The notes: generated from the sequence alone by a model not told the origin. A DNA stretch of 64,000 nt from a virus (IMGVR_UViG_2636416124_000002:18123-82122); one strand, 5' to 3'. Positions 39,910-50,012 are shown, counted from the stretch's first letter. Numbers and translations are program-made.

Positions 39910-40847
39910 TGCCGATTCTTGTCGCCTCATCGACTCCGCCCGTAGAGCAGCCGCCGTGGGAGTGGCCGCAGCGTCCGGTCGAGATGCCGCTCCTGTCGTT
40001 CACCGACCCCGGTGGTGTGACGACGCTCCTCACGGACTGGGAGCGCGGCTGGGTGGTGCAGCCGGGCATCAAGGGGCTGGACATGCCCGCCTATGTCATG
40101 GCCACCGACGAGTCCCCGGGGATCGACGGGTACGAGGTGCGGCAGGTCCGCGCCCAGGGCAAGGCGATCTCGATTCCGTTGGCGTTCTGGGCCAACGACT
40201 CCCGGTCCGCCTACCTGAACCGGAGGCGGACGTTCATTCGCGCCCTCAATCCGAAGCGCGGCCAGGGCACCCTCACGCTCACACAGCCCGACGGGGCCAC
40301 CCGCAGCATCGGCGTCCGCTACCAGGACGGCATGGAAGGCGACGAGTCCCTCGACGCCGCAGGCCGCCGCTGGTGCATCGGCGTCATCACGTTCGCCGCC
40401 CCAACCCCGTACTGGGCGGGCGGCGAGGTCACCCACGCGTGGAAGACCGACCCCGGCGGCGACTTCTTCCCGTTCCTGCCGCTCGTCGTCGGCGACTCCC
40501 AGGTGCTGGGGTTGGTCACGGTCGACAACGACGGCGACGACGACGCCTACCCCGTCTGGACGATCACCGGCCCGGCCACCTCGGTGACCCTCACCAACGT
40601 GACGACCGGGCAGACCCTCGTCCTGAGCCACACCATCACCGGCACCGACACGATCGTCATCGACACCCGCGAGCGCCGCCAGACCGCACTTCTCAACGGG
40701 GTCACGAACCTGTGGCCCGACCTCTCCGACGTGTCCTCGCTGTGGCCGCTGGAGACCGGCACCAACGAACTCACGCTCACCGTCGCCGGATCCACCGCCG
40801 ACACCGAGGTCCGCATGACCTACCAGCCCCGCTACCTGGCCGCCTGA
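39909..40847 (+). CDS. Distal tail (Dit-like) protein
   Basis: Follows the tape measure gene; AYPVWTITGP; LWPLETGTNEL. Confidence 0.8.
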   Translation: MPILVASSTPPVEQPPWEWPQRPVEMPLLSFTDPGGVTTLLTDWERGWVVQPGIKGLDMPAYVMATDESPGIDGYEVRQVRAQGKAISIPLAFWANDSRSAYLNRRRTFIRALNPKRGQGTLTLTQPDGATRSIGVRYQDGMEGDESLDAAGRRWCIGVITFAAPTPYWAGGEVTHAWKTDPGGDFFPFLPLVVGDSQVLGLVTVDNDGDDDAYPVWTITGPATSVTLTNVTTGQTLVLSHTITGTDTIVIDTRERRQTALLNGVTNLWPDLSDVSSLWPLETGTNELTLTVAGSTADTEVRMTYQPRYLAA

Positions 40848-40860
40848 GAGGAGGACACCC

Positions 40861-42033
40861 ATGCCCAGCACCGCACTCCGCGTCTACGTCCGCAACCCCA
40901 CCCTGGAACGCATCGGGCAGATCGACGACTACACCAGCCTCACCGTCATGCCCCGCTACAACGGAATCGGCAGATTCACCCTCGAAGTCTCCGCCGACTC
41001 GAGCAAGGCGAATCTCCTGGCCGAAGGCAACGGGCTGATCATCCGCACTGCTGACGGCACCCTCGTCGACTCCGGGCCGATCCGCGCCGTCGACTGGTCC
41101 CGCTCCAATGACGACTCTGGCGCCGGGAAACTCACCGTCAACGGGCTTTCCGACACGGAGATCTTGGACCGCTACACCTGCTGGCCTGCCCCCGGCAGCG
41201 CGATCGGGTCGCAGACGGACACGGTCTACAAGATCAGCGCCGTGGTGGCCGAGACGGCGATGCGGACCCTCGTCAACGCTAACGCCGGGCCCGGAGCACT
41301 GGCTGCCCGCAAGAACCCGCTTCTCACCCTCGCCGCCAACGGGAACCGTGGGCCGACGATCACCCGGCAGCTCAACCAGTTCGACAGCCTCCTCGTCGTC
41401 CTCCAGGACATAGCGAACGCCGCCGGGCTCGGGTTCCGTGTTGTTCAGGTCGGCGGCGGCCTTCAGTTCCAGGTGTACGAGCCCGTCGACCGGTCCGGCA
41501 CCGCACGGTTCGCGTTCAACCTCGGGAACCTCACCGACGCCAACTACACCACCACGCCACCCACATGCACCCGGGCCATCGTCGTCGCCGGCGGGCAGAC
41601 CTCCCCGCGGTCCTGCAAAACAGTCGACCGGGCGGACCCGCTCTTCCCTGGGTTGGTCCTGGAGCAGTTCGTCGACTTGACCAGTGTCGACACGGCATCG
41701 GTCGACCTGGTGGCGCAGATGGATCAGGCAGCCAGCGAGGCCCTGACCGCCGGTGCCGGGCAGGGCTCGCTGGCGATCAGCCCGATCGATATTCCGCTGC
41801 TCCAGTACGGGCGGGACTACCAAGTCGGCGACACGGTGTCCGCGAAGGTCCGCGAGACGTGGATGACCGACGTCGTTCGCGAGGTCACCCTGTCCTGCAC
41901 CGCCGGGGACGGCACCACCGTCAAGGCCGCCGTCGGATCGACCGACGGCGACGGCACCGTGGCCCGCATCTACAAGTACCTCGCCCAGGTCAAGAAGGAC
42001 CTCGGGCGCGTCAAGACCAGGAAGGCGGCCTGA
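40861..42033 (+). CDS. Baseplate hub / ReqiPepy6 gp37-like protein
   Basis: Synteny; YGRDYQVGDTVS...VREVTL. Confidence 0.8.
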   Translation: MPSTALRVYVRNPTLERIGQIDDYTSLTVMPRYNGIGRFTLEVSADSSKANLLAEGNGLIIRTADGTLVDSGPIRAVDWSRSNDDSGAGKLTVNGLSDTEILDRYTCWPAPGSAIGSQTDTVYKISAVVAETAMRTLVNANAGPGALAARKNPLLTLAANGNRGPTITRQLNQFDSLLVVLQDIANAAGLGFRVVQVGGGLQFQVYEPVDRSGTARFAFNLGNLTDANYTTTPPTCTRAIVVAGGQTSPRSCKTVDRADPLFPGLVLEQFVDLTSVDTASVDLVAQMDQAASEALTAGAGQGSLAISPIDIPLLQYGRDYQVGDTVSAKVRETWMTDVVREVTLSCTAGDGTTVKAAVGSTDGDGTVARIYKYLAQVKKDLGRVKTRKAA

Positions 42034-42035
42034 GC

Positions 42036-43054
42036 ATGGCCGAGTTCAGTGCGCCGTTCGACGAGTCGCCGATCGCCACCCAGTCCCAGTGGTCCCGCAT
42101 GGCCCGACGCTGGGGGCTCGACGGTATTCACGCCCCGACCCCGACAGCACCACGCTGAAGGTCGCCGGGAACGGCACCGGCAACGTCACCCTCCAGCCGG
42201 GCGAGGCGTTCGTCAACGGGTTCTACTACCTCAACGACGCCGTCAAGAACATCGCCGTCACCCCCAACGCCGGAACCGTCGCCCGCATCGACCTCGTCGT
42301 CCTCCGGGCCAGCATGAGCGCCAAGTCCGTCGTCGCCGCATACAAGACCGGCGGCAGCAGCGCCCCCACGCTGTCCGCCGACGAGGACGGGGTGTACGAG
42401 ATCCCGCTCGCCCAGTGCACCGTCGCCGCCGGATCCTCCGTCGTCACCGCCGTCAACGTGCTGGACCGCCGCTGGTTCACCGACAGCGGGGCCACCCCCA
42501 GCCTCCCCGGGGCCCGCCGGCCCAGCGTCCGCGGACGGCTCCTCACCGAGAGCGGGCGCCTGTACATCGGGGACGGGGCCACCTGGCAGTGGATCGGATC
42601 CCCGGGCGTGGAGGAGGGCACGTACACCCCGCAGTGGTCCGCTGGTACCAGAAACTTCCACTGGGGCACGGACGCCGTCAATCGCGGGATCTACCAGGTG
42701 CGTGGGCGGCGTGTTGATGTGTCGATCCGTGTGCTCGTGGCGTCCAACCCGGGCGGCTCCGGCTACCCGGATCCGCTCGGGGTGTCTCTCCCGCCGGGCT
42801 ATCCGTGCACGACGACGGAGCGGTCGCTGTTCGTGTGGAACTACACCTCGGAGAACGGTGAGGGGTCCGCGATTGGGGTGGCGACGACTCTCCCGACCAC
42901 GTCCACCACGAAGATCGCCCGCCTGCGGTACTCCATGACGAACGGCGCCAGCCAGTCCGCGGTGCCGAACGCCTACAGCATGTTCGTCAATACCCCTTTC
43001 AACATCCGCAACGGCGACGTCATCGACATCACCGGCTCCTACTGGACCACCTGA
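42036..43054 (+). CDS. Minor tail protein (frameshift near 42135)
   Basis: EFSAPFD...QWSRM; VQPGEAFVNG-like and RIDLVVLR motifs. Confidence 0.8.
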
Positions 43055-43073
43055 CCCCTGAAAGGAACTCTCC

Positions 43074-44852
43074 ATGCGGCACCTCTTTGGGGGATCTACC
43101 AGTGACTACGCCATGGAGCAGGTCGGCAACCAGCTCCTGCTCCGGCCCGGGGCAACCGGCACCGTGTGGGATGCGGTGACCGGTGGCACCCAGCTCACCG
43201 ACCTGACCGACACCAGCGGCCTCCCCATCACCAGTGTGGTCGCAGCAGCGGACGGGTTCGTCGCCTTCTACGGGCCTGAGGACGCCACCACGGTCTACCT
43301 CGATTTTGGGCTCGGCCGCCGGTACGCCATGGTCGCCTCGGACATTGCCGAGATCGTCTCCGCACGGGTCGCCGGAGTGCAGTCCGCCGCAGCCGATGAC
43401 GCAACCGCAAAGGCTGCCGACGCACAGTCCGCAGCCATCGCCACGGCCGGAGCGAATGCTGCCGCCCTGTACCTGCCGAACGCCATCACCACGATCGACA
43501 GCATCATCAACCCCGCCACGCCCGTCGCCCCCGTGTACTTCGCTCACAGGGGTGGCGGCATGGTCCGCCCCGAGCACACCCTGGTCGCCTACCGGGCTGC
43601 TGCCGCGATGCGGTACCCGCTCGAAATCTCCGTCAACGTGGACGCCAGCGGCGAGCTGTGGTGCCTGCACGACCCGACCGTGGACCGGACCACGAACCGG
43701 ACGGGGAACCTCAACGGGTACACGACGGAGGAGATTGGGCAGCAGATCCAGACGAACTCCCGGTCGCTGCTCGGCGCCGGCTGGGCGGAGCAGCGGCTGG
43801 TGCCGCTCAGGCAGGTGCTGGATGAGTTCTTGGGCCGGGTGCCGATCCTGCTAGAGCCGAAAGCAAATGATGCGGTGGTGCCCACCCAGCAGTTGCTGGA
43901 CGCCTCGTACCCGCACGCCCCGCGCAGCGTGATTTGGAAGTGCCACATAGGCACCCTGTCGCTGCCGTGGGCGAAGGCGCGTGGCTACCGGACGTGGGTG
44001 TATCTGGATGCGGGGACCAGCGACTCGACGATGGACGGCAAGGACAGCCTCGTCGACTACTGGGGTGTGAACACGACGTTCACCGACACCCGGATCAGCC
44101 AGGTTGTGGCCCGGGGGAAGCCCGTCTTCGCGTGGGCGGTGTACAGAAGGTCGCAGGTCGCGCGACTGACCGGGCTGGGTGTGGTTGGCATCATGGCGTC
44201 TGATCCCCGGTATGTGTCGACGTCGGCTCCGATGCGCACGGCGTCCCGGTGGGATTTGCAGATCAAGGAGCCTGGGTGCACGCCGACGATCGACTACGAC
44301 CCTGACTACGCGCTGCAGTTCGCCCCGTCGCCGGACGTGGGTTGGGTGTCGATTCCGGCGGTGCCGTTCCAGTCGGTGGGCCTGGGCACGTACTGCCCGG
44401 TGGCTGCCGGGGCGGGTGGGTACCGGATCAGCTTCGACATGAAGTTCAAGGTGCTGCCGGGGACGAGCACTCTGCACGGCGGGATCTACTTCGGGAAGCA
44501 GAGCGACGATGCGTACAGGTTCAGCCAGTCGAACGCGACGGGCGGTTATCACCTGGTGATGCGGGCGAACGGCCAGATGCAGCTGAACAAGCACACGGCG
44601 GGGTCGACGTCGGGTACGACGATGGGTTCGGCGATTGCGACGACGGCTCCGACGGCTGATGGGGTGATGTCTTTCCAGGTGAATGTGACGCCGACGACTG
44701 TGGAGGTGCGGCGCACGGACGGTACGGGGTGGACGACGGGCGCCCTGGCGGATACGACGTACCGGGGCGGGTATTTCGGCCTGTCGAACGGTTCGATCAC
44801 GGATGTGGCGACGCGCCCGTACTGGCGGAACCTGGTGGTGACCCAGCTGTGA
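43074..44852 (+). CDS. Tail fibre/RBP with a glycerophosphodiester phosphodiesterase (GDPD) domain
   Basis: Virion-type N-terminus; YFAHRGGG...PEHTL...LEISV...LHDPTVDRTTN; beta-rich C-terminus. Confidence 0.85.
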   Translation: MRHLFGGSTSDYAMEQVGNQLLLRPGATGTVWDAVTGGTQLTDLTDTSGLPITSVVAAADGFVAFYGPEDATTVYLDFGLGRRYAMVASDIAEIVSARVAGVQSAAADDATAKAADAQSAAIATAGANAAALYLPNAITTIDSIINPATPVAPVYFAHRGGGMVRPEHTLVAYRAAAAMRYPLEISVNVDASGELWCLHDPTVDRTTNRTGNLNGYTTEEIGQQIQTNSRSLLGAGWAEQRLVPLRQVLDEFLGRVPILLEPKANDAVVPTQQLLDASYPHAPRSVIWKCHIGTLSLPWAKARGYRTWVYLDAGTSDSTMDGKDSLVDYWGVNTTFTDTRISQVVARGKPVFAWAVYRRSQVARLTGLGVVGIMASDPRYVSTSAPMRTASRWDLQIKEPGCTPTIDYDPDYALQFAPSPDVGWVSIPAVPFQSVGLGTYCPVAAGAGGYRISFDMKFKVLPGTSTLHGGIYFGKQSDDAYRFSQSNATGGYHLVMRANGQMQLNKHTAGSTSGTTMGSAIATTAPTADGVMSFQVNVTPTTVEVRRTDGTGWTTGALADTTYRGGYFGLSNGSITDVATRPYWRNLVVTQL

Positions 44853-44892
44853 TGCCGGGCAGGGGATACCGGCCACGGGCGCTCGCCTCCTG

Positions 44893-45477
44893 CTACTTGG
44901 CCGGGACGTCCCACTCCAAGGGTTCGTCCAGTGCGTCGGGGGCGTAGACGATGCGGGCGGGCCGCTGGCCGCTGGGGACGGGGAAGGGGATCTTCCCGCG
45001 CACGCAGCGATCCGTCTTCACCATCACGTCGTTGGGGAATTCGGGCTTGGGCATGTCGCCGCCGCTGAGCCCAGTGGCTTGGATACGGGTGCCGCCCTCG
45101 TAGTCGAGGGACCAGGGGAACTGGCTGACGCTGATGGTTTCGCCCTTGACGTTGCAGACCTTGGCCTCGACGGTCGCCCAGACGTCGCCGCCGAGCTCGC
45201 TGGTGGGTGGCTGGGGGCCCTGGACGGGCTGTGTATAGGCGATGACGGTGGCGTTGAAAGTGACGTTGTTGGGCGCGTCGTTGATGTCTGCGGTGTCGCC
45301 GATATCGAAGGTGGTCTGCTGCTCGGGCTCGGGCGTCGGGCTGGGCGTGGTGGGCGACGGTTCGGGTGTGGCGTCGCTCTTGGTGACGGTGGCCTTCTCG
45401 GGTTCGCTGCTGCACCCGGTGAGGGTGAGCAGGGCAGCCGCGAGGGCGACGGCGGTGATGGTGGTGCGGGTGCGCAT
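44893..45477 (-). CDS. DUF4352-like lipoprotein
   Basis: Lipobox LTLTG-C; Pro-rich linker; CVRGKIPF. Confidence 0.75.
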   Translation of the reverse strand: MRTRTTITAVALAAALLTLTGCSSEPEKATVTKSDATPEPSPTTPSPTPEPEQQTTFDIGDTADINDAPNNVTFNATVIAYTQPVQGPQPPTSELGGDVWATVEAKVCNVKGETISVSQFPWSLDYEGGTRIQATGLSGGDMPKPEFPNDVMVKTDRCVRGKIPFPVPSGQRPARIVYAPDALDEPLEWDVPAK

Positions 45478-45534
45478 GGTCCCCCCAGGGATGGTGGCGT
45501 AAGTGGCCATCATCGGGGGCGGTGCGGGCAGCTG

Positions 45535-45912
45535 TCAGGCGTTGTCGCTATCAAGCTCTGCGCGTAGCCGGTGAAGTCTCTCGCCTGCCCAGCACCGGGA
45601 GGTCTTTGCGGCAAGGGTTCGAACCGCCTCGTCAGAGGAGTGGTAGGCGGCGGCCAGGAGGCGGAGCCACTCGGACTCAGTCCACGCTGTGCTGTTGTGG
45701 TAGCAGGTCACCTTGGCCCGGTGGTCGCGACTGGGCGGGCAGCCGACCTCGACGAGAGGGTAGGAGTAGCGGCCGATGATGAGGTCGCAGTGCGGGTGCC
45801 CGTCGACTCCGGCGGCGACGGCTTCCTCGGCGCCTTCGGCGCGGCGCCAGTCCCCGTCGATGATGATGGCCGGGTCGTGGGACAGGCACAGGACACGGTA
45901 GGTGCTGCTCAT
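45535..45912 (-). CDS. Hypothetical Cys/His protein
   Basis: MSSTYRVLCLSHDPAI...HPHCDLIIGRYSYPLVEVGCP. Confidence 0.7.
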   Translation of the reverse strand: MSSTYRVLCLSHDPAIIIDGDWRRAEGAEEAVAAGVDGHPHCDLIIGRYSYPLVEVGCPPSRDHRAKVTCYHNSTAWTESEWLRLLAAAYHSSDEAVRTLAAKTSRCWAGERLHRLRAELDSDNA

Positions 45913-46178
45913 TCGCCGTCCTCCGTGATGCGTCGTTGGGCGAGGTAGGCGCCGTGGTCCATGCGGACGTACTCCAGCAGTCCGACGGTTTCCCACTGGC
46001 GTTGGTCGGGCCCTGTCCAGCAGGAGAGCTGCTTCTCGCCGTTGTTGTTGACGGTGACTCCGATGACGACGCTGGCGACGAGCATGTCGCCGCGTAGGTC
46101 GCGGAGTGTTCCAGCGATGGCGTCGTGGATGCGGTCGCGTTCCTGCTCCCACTCGTCACCGTTCCGTTCGGCGGTCAT
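45909..46178 (-). CDS. Hypothetical protein
   Basis: Coupled; PDQRQWETVGLLEY. Confidence 0.65.
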   Translation of the reverse strand: MTAERNGDEWEQERDRIHDAIAGTLRDLRGDMLVASVVIGVTVNNNGEKQLSCWTGPDQRQWETVGLLEYVRMDHGAYLAQRRITEDGE

Positions 46179-46303
46179 CGGCCCTCCTGCTGCCTGGCGA
46201 GCTGCCGCTGCGCGGCGGCGAGGCATTCGGTGTACGGCTTGCCGGTGGCGGCCTGGATCTCGCGGGCGAGCTTCTGAGCGGGGGTGCGCTTTTTCTTCGG
46301 CAT
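46175..46303 (-). CDS. Small basic protein
   Basis: KLAREIQAATGKPYTECL. Confidence 0.55.
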   Translation of the reverse strand: MPKKKRTPAQKLAREIQAATGKPYTECLAAAQRQLARQQEGR

Positions 46304-46688
46304 CAGCCGGTCTCCTCGTCGTCGAGCCCGTAGCCCTCGGCGAGGGCGAGGATGGTGGGGCAGTTCCCGCGCCCTTCGGTGTCCGTGCCGCCGTACTCGT
46401 CTGCGGTGACGTGGCAGGTGACGCACCCAAAGTCGGCGCCCTTGGCCCGGTAGATGGGGCTGACGACTTCGTTGGTGTACGGGTGGGCTTCGAGGATCTT
46501 GCGGTGGGCGGCACACCACCGGTCCTCCACTGACCCGATCTCCGCTGCGGCTTGGGCCTTGTCGAGCAGGCCGCTGATCCAGTCGTGAAGGCCGGGGTGA
46601 CGTCGAGCGTCACCTTCTCGTAGTCGAAGTCGGGGTCGTCGTCTGAGAGGCGCCGGAGGTCGGCCAGGCGCAGCTTCTTAGGACTCAC
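46303..46688 (-). CDS. Hypothetical protein (frameshift near 46595)
   Basis: HRKILEAH...CVTC...CPTILALAEGYG. Confidence 0.6.
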
Positions 46689-47561
46689 GGGGCGCCTCCT
46701 TGCGGAGTATGGCCAGCACGGCTGTGGCTACGTGCCCGCCCATGTCGCCGGGGAGATCCTGGTTCAGCACGGTGCGCACGGCCAGGGCGACGCGGGCGTG
46801 GACGGGGTCTCCGTCTTCGTCGAGGGCGGCGTCGATGATGTCGGCTACGGGGTCCCATGTGCGTGTGGTGGCACGGATGTAGGCGGAGGCGTCGCGTACT
46901 CGCCGGATGGTGGCCTCGGCCTGCTCGGCGCGCGCCACAGCCTGGGCACGCTCGAACTCCAGCAGGTCCGCCGTCATGGGGGTGGCTACGTCCACGTGAA
47001 CGAGCGCCGTCCGAACGGCCCGCCAGATGATCGCGTTGCGGTGGACGGTGTCGGGCGGCAGGTACTCCCCGAGGTTGTGGATGTTCTCGTAAACGGCGTC
47101 GTAGGCGGGCTGGCGCGGGTCTGGGCGAACCTGCGCGGCGTCAAGGGCGGGGCCGGAGGCTCGGCCCCTTCGCTCTTCGCGCTCGCTGTGCGGGCTTGGG
47201 CTTCGTGAACGATGCCCTCGGTGGTCCATCTGCGGTCCCGGCCGACGCGCCCGTCGTAGCTGTCGGAGACGTCGGCCACCATCTCGTGGATGTCCGACCA
47301 CAGGCGGTGTACACGGTCCTCGCTGGCCGTGTGGACGTGGCCGCACGGTTTCACGGTGAGCCGGATATCCCGAAGCAGGCGGTCTGGGCGGCCGGTGGTG
47401 ACCTGCCACGCCGCGTCGACAGCCTCCCCGCAGGTGGGGCACGGCGGGTACGGCAGGAGCAGAGTGCCGTCGCGCCCCTGCCTCGACCGGTGAGTGAGGA
47501 CGACCGCCCACGCCAGCAGGTCCGCATCGGAAAGGGGCTGCACCTCCGGAGCGTCAGGCAT
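46678..47561 (-). CDS. Hypothetical protein with a Zn ribbon (frameshift near 47130)
   Basis: CPTCGE...PCGH; second half AYDAVYENI...NAIIWRAV. Confidence 0.55.
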
Positions 47562-47955
47562 CGGGGGCCTCCTCCGTGGTCAGCCGTATGCCGAGGATGC
47601 GGGCCGTTGGGGCGAGGAACACCCGGGTGTTCCGCAGGTAGAACGATGTCCACGTTTCGCCCGGGTCGACGGTGTCGGCGGTGATGGCCCGGGTGGTGCC
47701 GTCGTCGGTGGTCACCTCGTACACCGGGGTGCTGCCCGGCTCCGGATCGTGGGACAGCATCTGCTCGGGCGTCACGCCGAAGGCGTTGGCGAAGTCGACT
47801 AGGTCGTCCACGGTGATGCGCCGCTTGCCGATCTCGGCGGTCGCTACGACCTGCGAGAACTTCTGCCCCATCTCGGCGGCCAGCTGGTTCTGGGTCCAGC
47901 CGCGCCGGGTGCGGAGAAGCTTCACGTTCGCAGCCACCCGCTCGACAGGAGTCAC
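47554..47955 (-). CDS. XRE-family HTH protein
   Basis: VKLLRTRRGWTQNQLA...EIGKRRITVDDLVDFANAFGV. Confidence 0.85.
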   Translation of the reverse strand: MTPVERVAANVKLLRTRRGWTQNQLAAEMGQKFSQVVATAEIGKRRITVDDLVDFANAFGVTPEQMLSHDPEPGSTPVYEVTTDDGTTRAITADTVDPGETWTSFYLRNTRVFLAPTARILGIRLTTEEAPDA

Positions 47956-48506
47956 GACGCGCCCCTCCATGCCTGCCGGGCGAGCCAGCGACGCACGGTC
48001 TGATTGTGGCGGGCGTCCGCCAGTGCGTTGTGCTCGCCGGACTCCTGCTTCGGCAGCTCGTCCCAGTTGAACCCGAGGCGCCGTGCTTCCTGCTGGATGT
48101 CGTGAGTGAACATAGGTACCCCGTCTGGCAGGGCGATCATCGGCCCCCAGAGCTGGGCGAGCGCCACGTGGTCGTAGGCCCCGTAGTTCGCCCACAGCTC
48201 GACGTCGTCGGTGGCCTGGATGAACGCGGCCACCTCGGCGGCGATGGTCTTACGGGTCTTCACGCGCGGATCGCCGTAGTGGAACAACCAGCGCTTCGAC
48301 ATGCTGTTCCGCAGGTCGCCATGCCCCTTGGGCAGGTGCGGGACGACGTTCTCCATCAGCCATGGATGCTTCCGGATTCGCCGCACAGGCATGTCCCGGT
48401 TCGCGGCGTAGTACTCGCGGCCGTCGTCGCAGACCATCCCGATAGAGATCAGCTCGATGGTGCGGCCGTCTTCCAAGAACTCAAGGTCGTAGTCGATAGC
48501 GGTCAT
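47952..48506 (-). CDS. DEDDh 3'-5' exoribonuclease (RNase AS/DUF5051-like)
   Basis: YDLEFLEDG...LISIGMV; WANYGAYDHV; HNALADARH. Confidence 0.88.
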   Translation of the reverse strand: MTAIDYDLEFLEDGRTIELISIGMVCDDGREYYAANRDMPVRRIRKHPWLMENVVPHLPKGHGDLRNSMSKRWLFHYGDPRVKTRKTIAAEVAAFIQATDDVELWANYGAYDHVALAQLWGPMIALPDGVPMFTHDIQQEARRLGFNWDELPKQESGEHNALADARHNQTVRRWLARQAWRGAS

Positions 48507-48610
48507 GTCCGCCTCCGGTGCGGGTGGGTGCGGGTTGGGGTGGCTGGCCCAGACCCGCACGGCCAGGCCAGCCACCAGAGGTCGCCTCGCGGCAACGACC
48601 TAGGTGCACC

Positions 48611-48670
48611 ATAACCCCTGAACCTTGGAATCGTAGGCATATGCGATTCAAAAGCCTATGATTCAAAGGT
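48611..48670. promoter_or_regulatory. Lysis promoter region with the same motif as the head/packaging promoter
   Basis: CCTTGGAATC at 48623, GATTCAAAAG at 48645, GATTCAAAGG at 48660; CCCTGAACC at 48616. Confidence 0.6.
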
Positions 48671-48717
48671 CAACGGTCGATGCGGGCCAGCACCCCGCCA
48701 CCCCGCAGGAGACACCC

Positions 48718-49674
48718 ATGGCCACACCACTCACAGCCGACCAACTCCTCAAAGCCCTCCGCGACGAAGGCCTCCAGGTCATCGAGCACCGGAACTGGCG
48801 CACCAACAACCGCAACCACAAAGGCCCCTGGGGCCCGACGCACGGCGTGATGATCCACCACACCGTCACCAGCGGCACCAACAACTCCGTCGAGCTCTGC
48901 TACAACGGCCACAGCACCCTGCCCGGGCCCCTCTGCCACGGCGTCATCGACAAAGCCGGAGTCGTCCACCTCGTCGGGAACGGGCGGACCAACCACGCCG
49001 GACTCGGCGACGCGGACGTCCTCCGAGCCGTCGTCGCCGAAGCCGAACAGCTCCCGGTCGACAACGAAGCCAACACCGACGGCAACCGGCACTTCTACGG
49101 CTTCGAATGCGTCAACCTCGGAGACGGCAAGGACCCCTGGCCCGCCGCCCAGCTGCTGGCGATCGAACGCGCGGCCGCCGCACTGTGCCGGGCGCACGGC
49201 TGGTCGGAGCGCTCCGTCATCGGCCACCTCGAATGGCAGCCCGGAAAGATCGACCCGCGCGGCTTCACCATGGCATCCATGCGGGCTCGGATCGGGAAGC
49301 GCCTCGCCCCCACCACCAAGCCCACCAAGCCGCCCACGGCCAAGCCCACCACCCCGGCCAAGCCCAACCCGCCCAAGGCCCCGTCCATCTCCCTGGCCAA
49401 GCTCATCGCCGCAGCCCGCCACAACCCGGCCGCCAAGGGCAACCCCGTCACCTACGCCGGGGTCCGCATCGTCGAAGCCGCCCTCGTTGACGCCGGGTAC
49501 TTGGCCAAGCCGCTTCTCGACGGGCACTTCGGCACCGCCACCGTCACCGCCTACTCCCGCTGGCAGAAATCCAAGCCCGGAGGCAGCTACACCGGAAGCG
49601 CCGCCGACGGCATCCCCGGCAAGGACTCCCTCACCCGGCTCGGCAAACGCGCCGGATTCACGGTGACGGCATGA
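48718..49674 (+). CDS. Endolysin: N-acetylmuramoyl-L-alanine amidase with a C-terminal peptidoglycan-binding domain
   Basis: VMIHHT; GRTNHAG; YGFECVN; VIGHLEW...KIDP; DGHFGTATVTAY..WQ, DGIPG. Confidence 0.92.
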   Translation: MATPLTADQLLKALRDEGLQVIEHRNWRTNNRNHKGPWGPTHGVMIHHTVTSGTNNSVELCYNGHSTLPGPLCHGVIDKAGVVHLVGNGRTNHAGLGDADVLRAVVAEAEQLPVDNEANTDGNRHFYGFECVNLGDGKDPWPAAQLLAIERAAAALCRAHGWSERSVIGHLEWQPGKIDPRGFTMASMRARIGKRLAPTTKPTKPPTAKPTTPAKPNPPKAPSISLAKLIAAARHNPAAKGNPVTYAGVRIVEAALVDAGYLAKPLLDGHFGTATVTAYSRWQKSKPGGSYTGSAADGIPGKDSLTRLGKRAGFTVTA

Positions 49675-50012
49675 TCCTCAACCTGACACCGCACCCCGTC
49701 CGCCTGTACTGGGGAGAGCGCGAGGACGGCAGCGACGACCTCGATGCGCACCTCATGGAGGTCTACGAGCCCGAGCCGACTCCGGCCCGGCTCGCCACGA
49801 ACGAAGTAAGCAGCGGCATGTGGCCCGTGCTCGTCGAGTTCGGGCACGCCCAGAACCTGCCGCCCAAGCAGGACGGCTACCAGTACATCGTGTCCCTCGT
49901 CGTCGCCCTCGCCCTGGCCGACCGGCGCGGCGACCTCCTCGTCCCCTACCGCGAGGTCCGCAACGCCTCCGGAACCGTCATCGGCTGCCGCGCACTCGCG
50001 CAGCCCGTCTGA
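49671..50012 (+). CDS. NLTPH-motif small protein, candidate Crn4-like ring nuclease
   Basis: MILNLTPHPV...LPPKQDGYQYIVSLVVA...DLLVP...VRNASGTVIGCRAL. The family link is from memory. Confidence 0.5.
   Translation: MILNLTPHPVRLYWGEREDGSDDLDAHLMEVYEPEPTPARLATNEVSSGMWPVLVEFGHAQNLPPKQDGYQYIVSLVVALALADRRGDLLVPYREVRNASGTVIGCRALAQPV

Noticed and set aside
43074-44852. Diversity-generating retroelement acting on the tail fibre
   Set aside because: No reverse transcriptase gene and no template/variable repeat pair seen.
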